DNA from: Setoptus koraiensis
Taxonomy: Eukaryota; Animalia; Arthropoda
Direction: 5' to 3'
Length of the DNA: 64,000 nucleotides
NCBI GenBank assembly: GCA_048013815.1
Contig: CM106585.1
Coordinates: 16,864,001-16,928,000, forward strand
This document shows positions 34,593 through 46,737 of this stretch, piece after piece. Position 1 is the first letter of the stretch. Each line of letters opens with the position of its first letter. The position numbers and the translations under genes were made by a program. Below the pieces are notes generated by a model. That model was not told the DNA's origin. It saw only the letters and a list, made by a program, of their open reading frames with translations, and searched no databases.

Positions 34593-37500
34593 TACTACTG
34601 CATGTGACACACACAGGCCAGGACCTGGCGGCCAGGTGAGTAACGAGATGATTCGCAACAAGGTGAGCGCATCCGCCGCGAAGCGATCGCGATACACTTG
34701 ATTGGCCCGCGACCGGCGTGTACTATATCATGGTCGGTGCAGATATAGTTGCCACTTGTTGTTGCTATAGCAACCGATACTGATGCTACAGCAACAGTGA
34801 ATAGCATCAGGTGCAATAGTGAATATTATTATTCTGGTCACAATTGACAATTGACAATTGACAGTTGAGAATCGCTGTCAGCTGTTGAGAATTGACAATT
34901 GTCAATTGACTTGTTGTGACATTTGACTCTCATTTACAAGCCGGCCGCTATGCTCTGCGCCTGGCTTCACCTGGTGCACAGCCAGCTGACAGCACGGCAA
35001 CATTTCATCAGCGGCGCCAGCATCGCTCATTCAGGTGAGTCGGTCAGGTGTCGGCGGCGCCATTGATCGGCGGCCAAACTTTGGCGGCCAAAGTGAGCCG
35101 ACCAAATGAACGATGAAGACATCAAATTATAATCACGGCCACGGCCAATCCGATCCCATTCGATACACCGATTTAGTCGTGCCACTGCGACATCCGAAGC
35201 GACATCCGAAGCGACATCGACACCGCGACGACATCGACCGCTACACTCTCTGTCAACTGTCACGCCACAATCAGCTGGCCAACAGCTGACCGACCGCTCG
35301 CGAGTGACCGGAACACAACGGCGACACCCTGTAGCTGTCACTATGTTAGTATTATGTGCTGCGGCGCGTGTGACGCATGCATGACAATTGTGTGAGGCCC
35401 ACAATTGACTCGCAGTTGTCAGTTGTCAGCTGACACTGACAGTTAGCAGCTGATGCGGGCGAGACGCTAATTATAAACTAACCTGCGTTACACTGACCAA
35501 CCATTTGGTATACTGCTGACCGATGGTCGCCGTGCGACGTGATTTACTCATCACCGCCGTTGCCTCGCATGGCCCGACAAGCACTAGCAACTCACAAGTT
35601 GCGATTCACAAGTTGCAAGTGGCTGCCGAAATTGCGCCCTCCTGCGGCCAGGTGCAAAGTTACAAGAGCAAAAATGAACTGGCCAGAGCGCATAAACTGG
35701 CCGCCAACACTGTCGCCCAGTGCCGTTATCTGGCCGTTATCATCTGTCGGTGTGTTTGCTGTTATGCGATCGGCCGGCAGCTGATGGAGCCGTCGGCTTG
35801 CAGCGGGCCGACCGGGTGAGCGCGGCAACCGGCGCTGACGGCCGGACGATCGGACAAGCGGCGAGCGGGCAACAGTTTGTTTGGCCGGTCGTTGGCTGCG
35901 TTATCGCAAATCTGGCCACACTGCTAATTGATCGAATTCACGGAAAGTGCCGCGGCGCAAAATTGTTGCCGACGAGCCGTTATCGCGAAGGATCGGCCAA
36001 AATGATTTGTGCCGAGTTTCGTCGCGTTTCGCCGCATTTCGCCAAATTCGAGTGGCCGAATCCGGGCCACTTTTGGCCGATTCGAACTGACCGAAATCTC
36101 TAATTGAGAAAATTGGAAAATGCTCGCCAAAACTGGCCAAAACTGGCCAAAAGGGCCGCTGTTTTGGCGTGATTCGCCGGCGCGATAATTGTCTCGGCCC
36201 TCAGTTCAACTGAGTCGCTCGGGCCACACTCACACCGATTTTGCAAACCTGACAGTGTCAGGCTAACCGGCACAATCTAATCTAGCGCCGGCCGGCCGGT
36301 CAGTTAGTCGCACAAGATTGGCGATGGCCAAATGGTGATATCGGCCAGTGGACAGTAGGTGCCGCTGCGGGCAACGCGTTTGCTTTTATCGCCACCCCGA
36401 TGGCCAGCGATATAAATAAATCGGCACACAAATAAATTGGCATAAATTGAGTTTGCGTGCGACTCTACGCAAACTCGACCCTCTCGGCCGAACTCGCCCA
36501 ACGCAAACTCGCCCAACGCAAACTCGCCCAACGAGCGCATAAATTGATTTTGGCCTTTATCTCGGCTCGTCGACTTGCCGGCCCGCTGTTGCGCTCGAGG
36601 CTGGCCCCCAGTGGGCGCCCTGTCGCACTCGCTCGCACCGATCGATCGACTTGTGCAATCAATCGACTCGCGAGCTAACGACAATCAAAGCCAGCTGAGG
36701 CCGATAATTGTTTTGTCGAGGCCAATTAGCGGCCGGTTGAGGGCGATTTGTTTGCGTTGCTGGCTGCAAAGTATCGGCGCCAGCAGCAGCCGGCCATGCT
36801 AATTAGTTGGTCGGACGCAATCAGCATGCACCAATTTGTCCGTCGTGTCGCTTACGTAACTGTCTGTCTGTTTGCTTGTGTGCCAAACGGCCGCTAGTTA
36901 CGTAATGAGTGCCCGCTGCTCATTAGTAGTCATGGACTGCACACTGTTCGAATCACTGTTCGAATGGGCTACTTGTGCCCGATATTGCTATACCGGACGG
37001 TATATTCACTGCTGCGTTGCTATATATTCACCCCTGTGTTGCTATATATTCGCTCGCTGCTGTCGTTGCGCAACATATTAGGCGCATTACAGCAGCGGCC
37101 GTTAGTGGCACACAGTTAGAGCCGGCTAATAGCGCCTAATGAGTTACCACTGTGATACATCGACACAGCTCACCTGTTGTGTCACTCGTGTCAGCCGATG
37201 CGAGCGCTAAATGATGCAGCAGCACCAGCGAAGCTGAATGATGCACCAGCGAGGCTGAATGATGCAGCAGCGCTGAACTGACCAGTGCCAAATGATGCAG
37301 CTCGGCTGGCCAGTGTGTTTGGCGGCCGATTGGTGCCGGCCAGCCGGCCGGCCGTCCACTGTATCCATCATCAATGTGTGATTAATTGGCCAATTATTTG
37401 AATGGCCGCGGCGAGACAGCGGCCGCTCAAACGGCGGCTCGCTTACCGCCGCCCTTCGGGATACTTGTTGCCGTAAATAACTCCCGGCTCGCCACCCCAA

Positions 37501-37971
37501 GCGGCTCTTTTCAAGCATCAAAATATATAAATATCCGAACGTCCGAACGTCCGACTGGCAACGAGTGGCGCCAATCAGCATATTTGTGCATGTATACGTG
37601 AGAGCGACTTGTCTCGAATTTGGCTTCGTTGCCGACAAGTTGCTGCCGGCGCCGAACAGTCAAATATCACTTGTTGCCGTTGCATAATTATACATGCACT
37701 TACGTCACAACTTACAAGCCGGCCTATAATATACATACAGTAATATACTGTGAGGCAAGTTACAGGTAACACGGCCAGCCGATTAGGCGATAAATGGCAA
37801 CACTGTTGTGTGTGAGTGTGTTGGCAAGCTGGCAAGTTGACAAAAACAAACAACGGCGACCACTTAATTATCTGACCGAATGAATGTGAGCCTGACAAGT
37901 GTCAATGCATCAACAACTAGTGACACTGATTTGTTGTGGCGCCAAATGGCTGGCTGGCCAAATCTCAAATT

Positions 37972-38027
37972 GAGACTCTCAATTTGAGACTCTCAAGCTG
38001 AGACTCTCGAGCCGAGACTGTCAGCTC
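37972..38027. repeat. 14-bp drifting repeat (GAGACTCTCAATTT) x4
   Basis: Each unit begins with the mini-inverted repeat GAGA-c-TCTC. Confidence 0.85.
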
Positions 38028-39079
38028 GACAGTGCTAGTCAGCCTGACAATCTCAGCCATCAGCGATGTTCGAGGCCAATGGCAAATACACGCTGGTTAT
38101 CTCTTATCATCTGCATTTGGGGCTCACAAGTCACCTGTCAGCGACTCACTGACGGCGCTCGTGACTCGAGAATTATCGGCCCTCTCGCGGCCCGAATAAA
38201 ACCGAGCGCATGCAATATGCGTTATGCTGCCAAATATACACATCAGTGCCATATACATGTAGATATCGGCCGGCCCGACGCTGCATGTGCGCCAGCCGAT
38301 AACATAATATAATAAGCGATAATCTCGATCGGAATCTTCGGCGAGCGTTCTCTTTGAGTGCGCTCCTCGAGTGTGTATTCTCTGAGTGCCTCGGAGAGGA
38401 GAATAAAAAGTAAATGCATCGGCTTCGTTCTGTTCGATCGTCTGTTAGTTAGCTGCGTCTCTTATCTCTGGTGTGCATGAGAGATAAGAGGGGCTGTTGC
38501 TGCTGTTGTTGCTGCTGTCGTTGCTGTCGTTGCTGTCGTTGCTGTTGTTGCTGTTGTTGTTGCTGTTGTGGCCGGCTGATTAGCCGGCCAAATAACAGAG
38601 AGATAGCGGCCAATGGCGGCGATAGTGGCGACCAGTAATAGTGGAGACATGACAACTCATGACCACACCACTAACTAATTCGGCCATCAGCACTTGCTGT
38701 TGTTGCTGTTGTTGTCGTTGTTGTTGTCGCTGTTAATGGTCCACTGTTGTGCTGTGGGCAACACTGCTGGCTGGCTGGCCAGTGTTCGCAGGCCAGTGTT
38801 TGCTGGCCAGCGTTTGCTGACCAGTGGTCAAGTGCACGATCAACAGTGCCGATAAGCGCCGCCATGATGATACTGAAAACATGATCATATTCACGATGCT
38901 GGCGATTAGCGCCAACTGCGATCTTGCATCACAGTATCACAGACACTGGCCTGTATCATGGACACTAGAGACGCCACAACAAAACTGTGTAACAGTGCTC
39001 ACACTTGTTGGATAGTTTTGTTGTTTTACGGCCCGCAGTTGAGTCCAGCACACTTGTTGAGCAACAACAACAGCAACAA

Positions 39080-39110
<31 letters not shown>

Positions 39111-39238
39111 AGCCGAGTGCTTGCCACGCAACAGGTGAGTGGCACAGGTGAGGCTCGCCTTGATAAAGCGGCCGATGAGCGTCGACAGTTGAGATGATGA
39201 TGATGTCGATGCTAATGATGATGTGAGCCGCTCCACTA

Positions 39239-39328
39239 TTGCACAAATTGTGCGCGCACTTTATGCAATTGCGCAAATTGTGCGCGCACTTTACGCAATT
39301 GCGCAAAATGTGCGCGCATTTTGTGCAA
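39239..39328. repeat. 30-bp quasi-palindromic unit x3
   Basis: TTGCGCAAATTGTGCGCGCACTTTACGCAA-type units. Confidence 0.92.
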
Positions 39329-40485
39329 AGTGGTACCGGCAGTCAATCAGTTATTATTCATACCAATTATTATCATAATCGCTAATAACGCACAATGCAG
39401 TGGAGATAATCAGCGTGTGACATTGTTGGGCAGCAGCATAATTGATTGGTGGGCATAATTGATTGGTCGGTGTCGCAACAATTGATTGGGTGCCGACGGA
39501 GGGCCACCCAATTGGCGGCCAGTCAATTGTGTGTCAGTGTCAAGTGTCGTGAATGGGCGCACAATGCAATGAGCACCCAATTAATTACATGTGCCGTTTA
39601 TGCAAATACACACGGCGTACATTTGCAAATAAACGCAGTGCATATATGCATCTGTATACATTTATATATACGGATATTTACGGATAAAAGTGGACGCATA
39701 TACGGTAAAAGTCTCGGAGCGGATGATTTCCGTGTCGCTGTTGGACCGCCGATGCGAGTGGCTCGCAACGTTCGGACTTGGTTTGCGCCTCTGGCATTCG
39801 TTTATCCGTCTGTCGTTAATCCGTGTGCGTCGACCTAGGCTGGCCGGCCGGCCATTTACTAATGATCGTGCGAAGAGTTTGCTTTCGTTGCTGGTCAGCG
39901 CAACAGCGACACAAGAGCGGACGCATTAAACGAAATGTTTGCTGAAATGTTGTGCGTCGGAACTGCCCTCGCCACCATCGACTGCAACAGTATCAACCAC
40001 CACTTAACAACAGTGTCAGAGTGGCTGACGGCAACAGCAACAGCAACAACGACGGCAGCAACAACAACGACGGCAGCAACAGCAAGGTGAAGGACAGCGC
40101 CACCACACCTATGGGGGCGAGCTGAGCTTCGAGTTTGGCGGACTCGCCAACTGGCCGTCGGACGCGAATTGAGCGCCGATCGGAGCGCCAATTGGAGCGG
40201 CCGGCCGCCGCCGAGCAGAGACGCCGGCCAGCGAATTGGCGGTTGAGCCGGCTCAGGTAAAGCGCCGCTAATGGTGCAGACAAACGCAGAGATAAAGTGA
40301 TGATAAGTTGCTCAACGAGCGCGCAGATATCTCAATTGGCGAGCGCCGTTCTCTGCACCATGAGGCAGCGTCGGCACCATCGGCACCGTCCGCTGCACCA
40401 TCGGCACCATGAGCTGCAACCTGCACCGCCGGTACATCAACTCGCAGCTTCGGTATGCCGTGGCAATGCGATCCGACTCGCTGGA

Positions 40486-40540
40486 CACTGGATGTAGCTG
40501 GACACTGGATGTAGCTGGACACTGGATGTAGCTGGACATG
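40486..40540. repeat. 17-bp repeat (CTGGACACTGGATGTAG) x3
   Basis: Direct inspection. Confidence 0.88.
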
Positions 40541-43500
40541 GAAGCACTGGATATAGAGGCAGTGGATATAACTGGAGGGCAACAGGCGAAATTGGCGCTT
40601 GCGCCGGCCGATCTCTCGCTGCTTTTTGCAGCTGAGGGCTATCATTATCTTTGTGTGTGTTGCCCGACAGCTCGCTGTGCCGACAGCCCGCCGCCCGTTG
40701 CCCGCCGGCCGCTGACCGTTGGCCGTCGCCCGTCGCAGTTGGCCGTCGCAAGTTGCCGGACCCAACACTCAAGCCGAAACTGAGAGCCGAGTGGCCGCCA
40801 ACAGCAACAACTCATCATCAATTTAACGTGATCATGAGCGCAATTCTTGTTTGTTGTTGGTTGTTTGCTGTTGGCCGGTTGCTGTTGCATCTCGAGCAAA
40901 CATCTCAATTATGAAATGGTGGTGAATTCATTATCAGCGACCAGTCGCTGGCCACACAAACAATGCTCGGCCGCATCCATTTTCATGCTATACAACATAC
41001 TGTTTGTTGAGTTGCTGTTGAGCGCATGCATCAACGGCGCTCATTATGGCCCGCTCCGTCTCACTATTGTCAAATTGGCAAGACGATAATTAGGCGCCGC
41101 TGTCCTGTGCTGTTGTCTCGGCTGTTGTTGTCGCCACTGTGCCACTGCCAATTGACAGTGTCCATACAGTTCAGGCAGCCACGACGGCCATTTAATAATG
41201 TGGTGAACAGAGTCGCACCGTCGCACCGTCGCATTTTTGACGGCTTTCCGACGGCATTTTCGACGGCATTTCTGACGGCTTTCTGACGGCATTTTCGACG
41301 GCATTGTTCGCACGCTCGCGCCTCGAGCGACACTTGTCGCAAGTGTCGCAAGTGTCGCAAGTGTCGCGGTGCCACGCAAATGAGGCCACGCTCGCCCATT
41401 AATCAATTGTGTCACTCAATCATTTGGGTCAAGTGTGGCCCCAGCAACGTTGGGCCAGCATCAGCATGACACTATTTGGCCGGCCAGCAATCGCGGTCCA
41501 AGTTGCTTTCACTGGTCGCCGGCATCGCCCGAGCGACCATCACATGTTATTATCACATGTTATAACATATGATGGATCATATGTTGTGAAACGTACGACG
41601 GAGCGATTGAGATATCGCAAACTCTCAAACAAATTGACGCCAATTTCGCCACCATTCAACAGATATAAATATTGCCATCACCGTTGGCCGCTCGGCACAA
41701 TGTTGGCGCTGTCTGCACATGCCAACATTGTCGACATCGTCGACATTGTCGACATTGTCAGTGGCAAAGTTGGCAAACAATTAACGCTGCCCATCAATCA
41801 CTTATCGCAGCGCCACACTCTCTGGCACAGCGGCAATTAACTTTAATTAATGAGTGGCGATCTATGCACTTACGCTCGACTTGTCAGCTCGCGAGTCAGC
41901 CCGACTCATCGGCTCGCGAGTCAGCTCGACTTATGAGCTCGCGAGTCAGCTCGCGAGTGCCCTGACGGTAGGCTGCACAATTGCTCATATAACTCATATA
42001 TAACTTGTATGAGCGCCATTGACAAGTTGCTCGCCGAACGCCCAAAACAAAAGTTTTGGGCCCAAACGAAGCGGCCCAAGACGAAGCGGCCAGAAAAGTG
42101 CCCGAAAAGACGGCTGGAAAAGCCCCGGTTGGCCGCGTCGGGCTCGCCTCGCCGGGCTCGCGGTGGCGCATGTCGAGCATCGAGCTGTCGGGCATCAAGC
42201 TGTCGGGCATCAGGCAGTCGGGCAAGAGTCTGGCCGCGAGAGTGTCGGCGCGCCGACAGCGACGCCGAGAACGGGCCGGCGAGCGCAAGCGAGCGCATAT
42301 CTGTCAAGCGAGAGTGACTGAGGTCCGAGGCCAGGCGTCAACTGTAAGATAATACGTTCATTAAAAAGTTAATTAGAGTGGCGCATGTGCCGGCCGCTCG
42401 CGGTCGCCGGCCCGGCTGACTCGGCCGGCTCGGCCCAAGTGGCTGGCGTTCGGGCCACTTGCGACTGTCGCGCCGCCGGGCTCAGTAGGCCGCTCGACGG
42501 CTGCACGGCAAACAACGGCGCTAATTTGAGAGCCAGTTCGCAATCTCAATTTCGTCGCAATCTCGATTTCATCGCAATCATCGTTTCGTCGCAATCATCG
42601 TTTCGTCGCAAGCTCGCGCTTGTGTTTGCGCGCACTTAAGTGTGTTTGCGCCGCCAACTGCACTTATTACATAATTAAAGAATTCATATTTGTTGGCATG
42701 TTTGTCCGACTCGCCGGCGCGCTGACAAAACACACTGGCGCATGTTATTGGCCACTGCGGCTTCACTTGGCAGAGTGAGAAATCGAGAGTCCAGAAATTG
42801 GACAAACACACTGACAACTTACATAATGGCGAGCGCGCTGTCGCCATTATGTAATAACCGCAATCGCTGCCTAATATGGGCCACGTTGGCGGCGCATTCA
42901 CGCCAAATTGGCGCTTGTGTTTACGCATTCGCATTATTTATTATTTGCGTTATTGGCTCCATTGGAGTTGATGATAGCGACGGGCATGACTCATTAACGA
43001 GCGCCCGTTCGCGCTGGCCGCCTCGCGGCGCATCTCGGCGCTTCTGCGCGCTTGTCCACGCAGCCGGCGCGCTCGCCGCTCAATGCCGGCCCGTTTACCC
43101 GACGCCCCGTGCGCGACGCCGGCCGCTCGACGCTTTCAACGCGCTGCCGTTTGGTTGCCCGCGACCAGCCGAGCCCGTCCAATGGCCGCCAAATCAGACG
43201 GAGCGGGCATATCGCACAGCGGCTCGCGCTCGCCAGGCGAGCGCCGTTTATCTGCGGGCTCATCTGCCGAGCTGCGACTTGCGACCGCGGCCAAGCGAAG
43301 CCGAACGAATAGTTGACCGAACGCATAAATTCGGCAAGCGCCGAATCGCTGCCGACGAGCCGGCCGACGAGCCGGCCGAAATGTGCGCAAATGTGGCAAA
43401 ATGTGGCCGCCACCATTTAATCATTTATGGCACCAATGGCGGCCGTCGCCACTATCTGGTCACGTCTTGGCCGGCGGCGGCCGGCCGCTGCATCGGCCGG

Positions 43501-45578
43501 CAAACAGCCGATTGTTGGTCTTTATGGATCAGCGATAACAGCAAATGCAAGCGCGATTCTCGGCTGCCGCTGCCACTCAATCCCGGCTAATCCCGACGCC
43601 GCCAATACCCGACGCTGGCGATGCCCGACGCCGGCGATACCCTCCGCATACTGGCCAGTGGGCACAACGCCACACATCGCCATTTGTAAACACATCGCCA
43701 TGTATGAACACGTCGCCATGCATAAATGCATCGCCATGCCTAAATACATGGCCATATATCACCGTGCATGACGGCACGGTGCGATATGCCGCTCGATGCA
43801 CGCATGGCGAGGCCGCTCCGCTCGGCGCGCAGCGGCCAGACGGGCGCGCCGGCGCAAGAGTGGCCACTTGGCCCCATTGACACCGGCCCATTGAGAGTGG
43901 CCGCTCACTTGCGGCGGCCCGGTCCCGGCCTGACAGCGGCATCGCTGTTTACATTGTGTGAGCCGTCGGCCGGCGGCCGGTTCATTAGTCACTGTTGCTC
44001 GCCGGCGGCGGCGGCCGTTGACGGCCGACGGCAACAGTGCACGACGGCAGCAACATTGAGACAACAACGGCCGGCTAATGGCATTGTTTGTGCTCCCGTC
44101 TGGTGTGTCAACAGCGACCAAACAAACAAACGTTTGCCAGCCCGTCGGTCAGCGGTCGGCCGGTCGGTCGGTCGGTCGGTCGCTGCCAGTGGCCGCCAAG
44201 TGGCAAATAAATAAAATAAAGAGCAGTCAAGTTGTCAGTCAACGTCGCAAAACGACGAGCCACAAACGACGCCGAGAGGCTCGCCAACTCGCCAACTCTC
44301 AACTGTTGCTGGCGCGTTCAATAAAACCATCAATGCTAATTGAAAATTCCAGCCGCTCACCTCGGGCCTGCGCGCCGGCCTCTCACCTCTGGCACTGGCC
44401 GGAGTGTGGCGCTCTCAACGTCGGCCAGAGTCCGGCGCTCGCATCATCGGCCAGAGGTGAGCCAGCGAGAGGCTTCGACAGCGACGGCAAACGATGGCTC
44501 TCCATTCAACCGGCTCCTCGTCGGTGTGCAATTCTGGCCACTGGCCAGTCGACAGTGACTCGACTCGGTCGCCAGAGGTGCTGCCGTCGCAGTTCGCCGG
44601 CCAGAGCGGCCAGAGCAGCCAGAGAAGCGAGCGAAGCCAGAGCAACAAGTGAGAGTTGATCGAGGCTCGGGGGCCATCAATAAGTTTACGGCCGCCATTA
44701 AATGAAGCGCGGCGTTAGCAGAGCGGGCGATTCGCGCTTCGAGCAAAGTGTTTCTCGAGTTGGCTTCTCGGGCACCATTGTCCGTCACAATGGACTCACT
44801 TGTTGCCATTGGTCACCCATGGCGCCAACACCGGCCAACAACTTTGGCCGGCATCGGTCGGCAGAGGCGACCAAACCAGCGCGGCGGCCAATCAGAAAGC
44901 GCCGCCCAAGCGCCAACGCGACCGTCCGATGCATTAACACCAACCAGTTGCTTTTTTGCGTCGTTGTTGCTGTTTTATGATAGCTCCTCTCAGGAATTTA
45001 TAGCATCATAGCAGCGATTATTCCAACGATTATTCTCTCTTGTTACCTAGCTAGTTGCTACCATGCCCCACAGCCAATATCCGTGTCCATTTCGGCCCTG
45101 AAACAGCCAGTATCTGTATATGCACGCTAAATTGCGCACGAGAGATATTTCACAAAGAGATATTTCAGAGGCTCTGGGCGCCGCGAGATCATGCAACCAG
45201 TAGCCCTATATAACCGATATATCCGCTCCGATGCGCATCATCTCCATTCTTGTGCTTTTCACCTTTCATTCAAATGCGTCGTCATTGTGAATTGTTTGCG
45301 ATCATCACTATTTGTGTGATTCACAAACGATTAGGGCTATTGTCATAATTTACACGTGTAAGATCACGCACCCGTGTGGATATTCTCAAATTGCGTGCTT
45401 ATTGTGTAATTCATGTGTACGTAAACATACTTGAAACGCACTTTGTTGCTGCAAGCAACACGAGTTGCAACTGATTAATAGTGACAAAAGTGCAACTTTG
45501 AGATCTCTGCAACACTATTTACCAACTTCATTTATTACACTCTATATATAAACACGAAAATTCTTTCAGAAGAAAAAA

Positions 45579-46067
45579 ATGGATTGCGAAGATAGTCGGC
45601 ACATCTCGAGGCGATTACTAACGACCAGATCGATGCATCGAACACGGACTTCGTGGCCAATACCGCCCAGTCCTGGAACTATTAAAATTATTCGTGCATC
45701 TAAGCCGCACCTGGCCGCTGAGGTGCATTCACCCGCTATCTCTCAGATGATCCCTCCAGAGTCTCAGATTAATCTGGCTGTGGATCAGACTGACCCTACA
45801 GCAAACGAATGTGATGCCAATCCTGATGACTTCATGTCGGAGCACGGCCACAAACCTATACGAACACTCAATGTGGAGGTACCCGACCCACAATCCAAAT
45901 GGTGGTATCAAACAATTAGAGCAGCCATAATGAATATCAGGATTGGGCTTGAGTCTGGCTGTCCCCAATGGAGCCAATGGACAATAGAACTGATCGATAA
46001 GATAAGAGGCTCGAGATACGTGGATTTGTTTGACAAATTTTCCATATGTTGGCAATTGCGACGATAA
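45579..46067 (+). CDS. Hypothetical 162-aa protein (orphan)
   Basis: Open 486-nt frame in AT-rich DNA, A-rich ATG context (AAAAAAAATGG), AATAAA at 46107-46112. No motif recognised. Confidence 0.4.
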   Translation: MDCEDSRHISRRLLTTRSMHRTRTSWPIPPSPGTIKIIRASKPHLAAEVHSPAISQMIPPESQINLAVDQTDPTANECDANPDDFMSEHGHKPIRTLNVEVPDPQSKWWYQTIRAAIMNIRIGLESGCPQWSQWTIELIDKIRGSRYVDLFDKFSICWQLRR

Positions 46068-46737
46068 ATTGAGTCATATAAATGTCACTGGAGATAGAAA
46101 GAAAAGAATAAAACTCGATCAAACTATTCAAAGCTCTTTTGATTACTGTTCATTGCTATAATTTACTACGTAAGCGTTCATTAAAGTTTCAAAGGCTTGC
46201 CTCGGCACCAAACTGATTGTTGGGATTACATGCATTCCGAATTTAAAAACTTTTATTTTAATTACACTTTATTAATTAGATGTAGCTACAGTTTGGAAGC
46301 TGTGGGTGCGGAGCAGTTGTACATTGGTGCTGCTCTTGTTTCAGTTTTGGTTGCTGTTGTTGTTACTGTTAGATATGGGGTGACTAGTGTTTCAAGCTAT
46401 ATCAATTGGACAATCAATAATAATTATTAATTTATTCTACTTAGTCATACTGCTTGATTTTTTAGTTGATGTTGTCGCTTGTGTAAAATGTTCATAAGTG
46501 TTCTTGAGTTGAAGATAGACTCAATAAGCGATCCTCGCTAGTTATATCAGCACTTGATTTAACATTAGCATCACTATTACTAATTTGATTATCTTGAGAT
46601 GATGAGCTAACTAGCTGATTATTATCCGTCCGCTCTAAAAGGGTATCTTGTTGCGTTGATTGGAGATTCGAATATTCGTTACGAGAGGATGCGCTTTCAC
46701 GTTTGCAACATTTGAAGCAACAACACCAACGTAACCG

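Larger units (their letters stand above)
14361..45578. promoter_or_regulatory. ~31-kb GC-richer, repeat-dense non-coding block upstream of ci (putative cis-regulatory domain and/or 5' UTR introns)
   Basis: No ORF with a recognisable domain; listed ORFs are repeat translations. Dense CAGGTG/CACCTG, TAATT, TGACAG and TGGCCA motifs, plus microsatellites and minisatellites. Regulatory role is inferred from position. Confidence 0.6.

Noticed and set aside
19147-39150. Many CAG|GTGAG strings as 5' splice donors of hidden exons
   Set aside because: They occur in both orientations and in tandem without upstream acceptors or coding frames, so the E-box reading is more parsimonious. Non-coding exons cannot be fully excluded.
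39502-39510. GGCCACCCA as a Gli autoregulatory site
   Set aside because: 8/9 match only and a single copy in 31 kb of GC-rich DNA, within chance expectation.
17690-40540. Regularly spaced short repeats as CRISPR arrays
   Set aside because: Units are directly adjacent with no unique spacers, there are no cas genes, and the DNA is eukaryotic.
14357-45011. Hundreds of 60-300 aa ORFs in the GC-rich block (e.g. 25932-26843, 42742-43590, 17414-18187)
   Set aside because: They overlap in all six frames, translate microsatellites (CVCVCV, QQQQ, LAKLAK, IGEIGE) and show no domain; expected by chance from high GC and repeats.
14361-45578. GC-rich block as contamination, HGT or a transposon
   Set aside because: No transposase/RT/bacterial ORFs or terminal repeats, and the composition shift occurs inside the continuous ci ORF.
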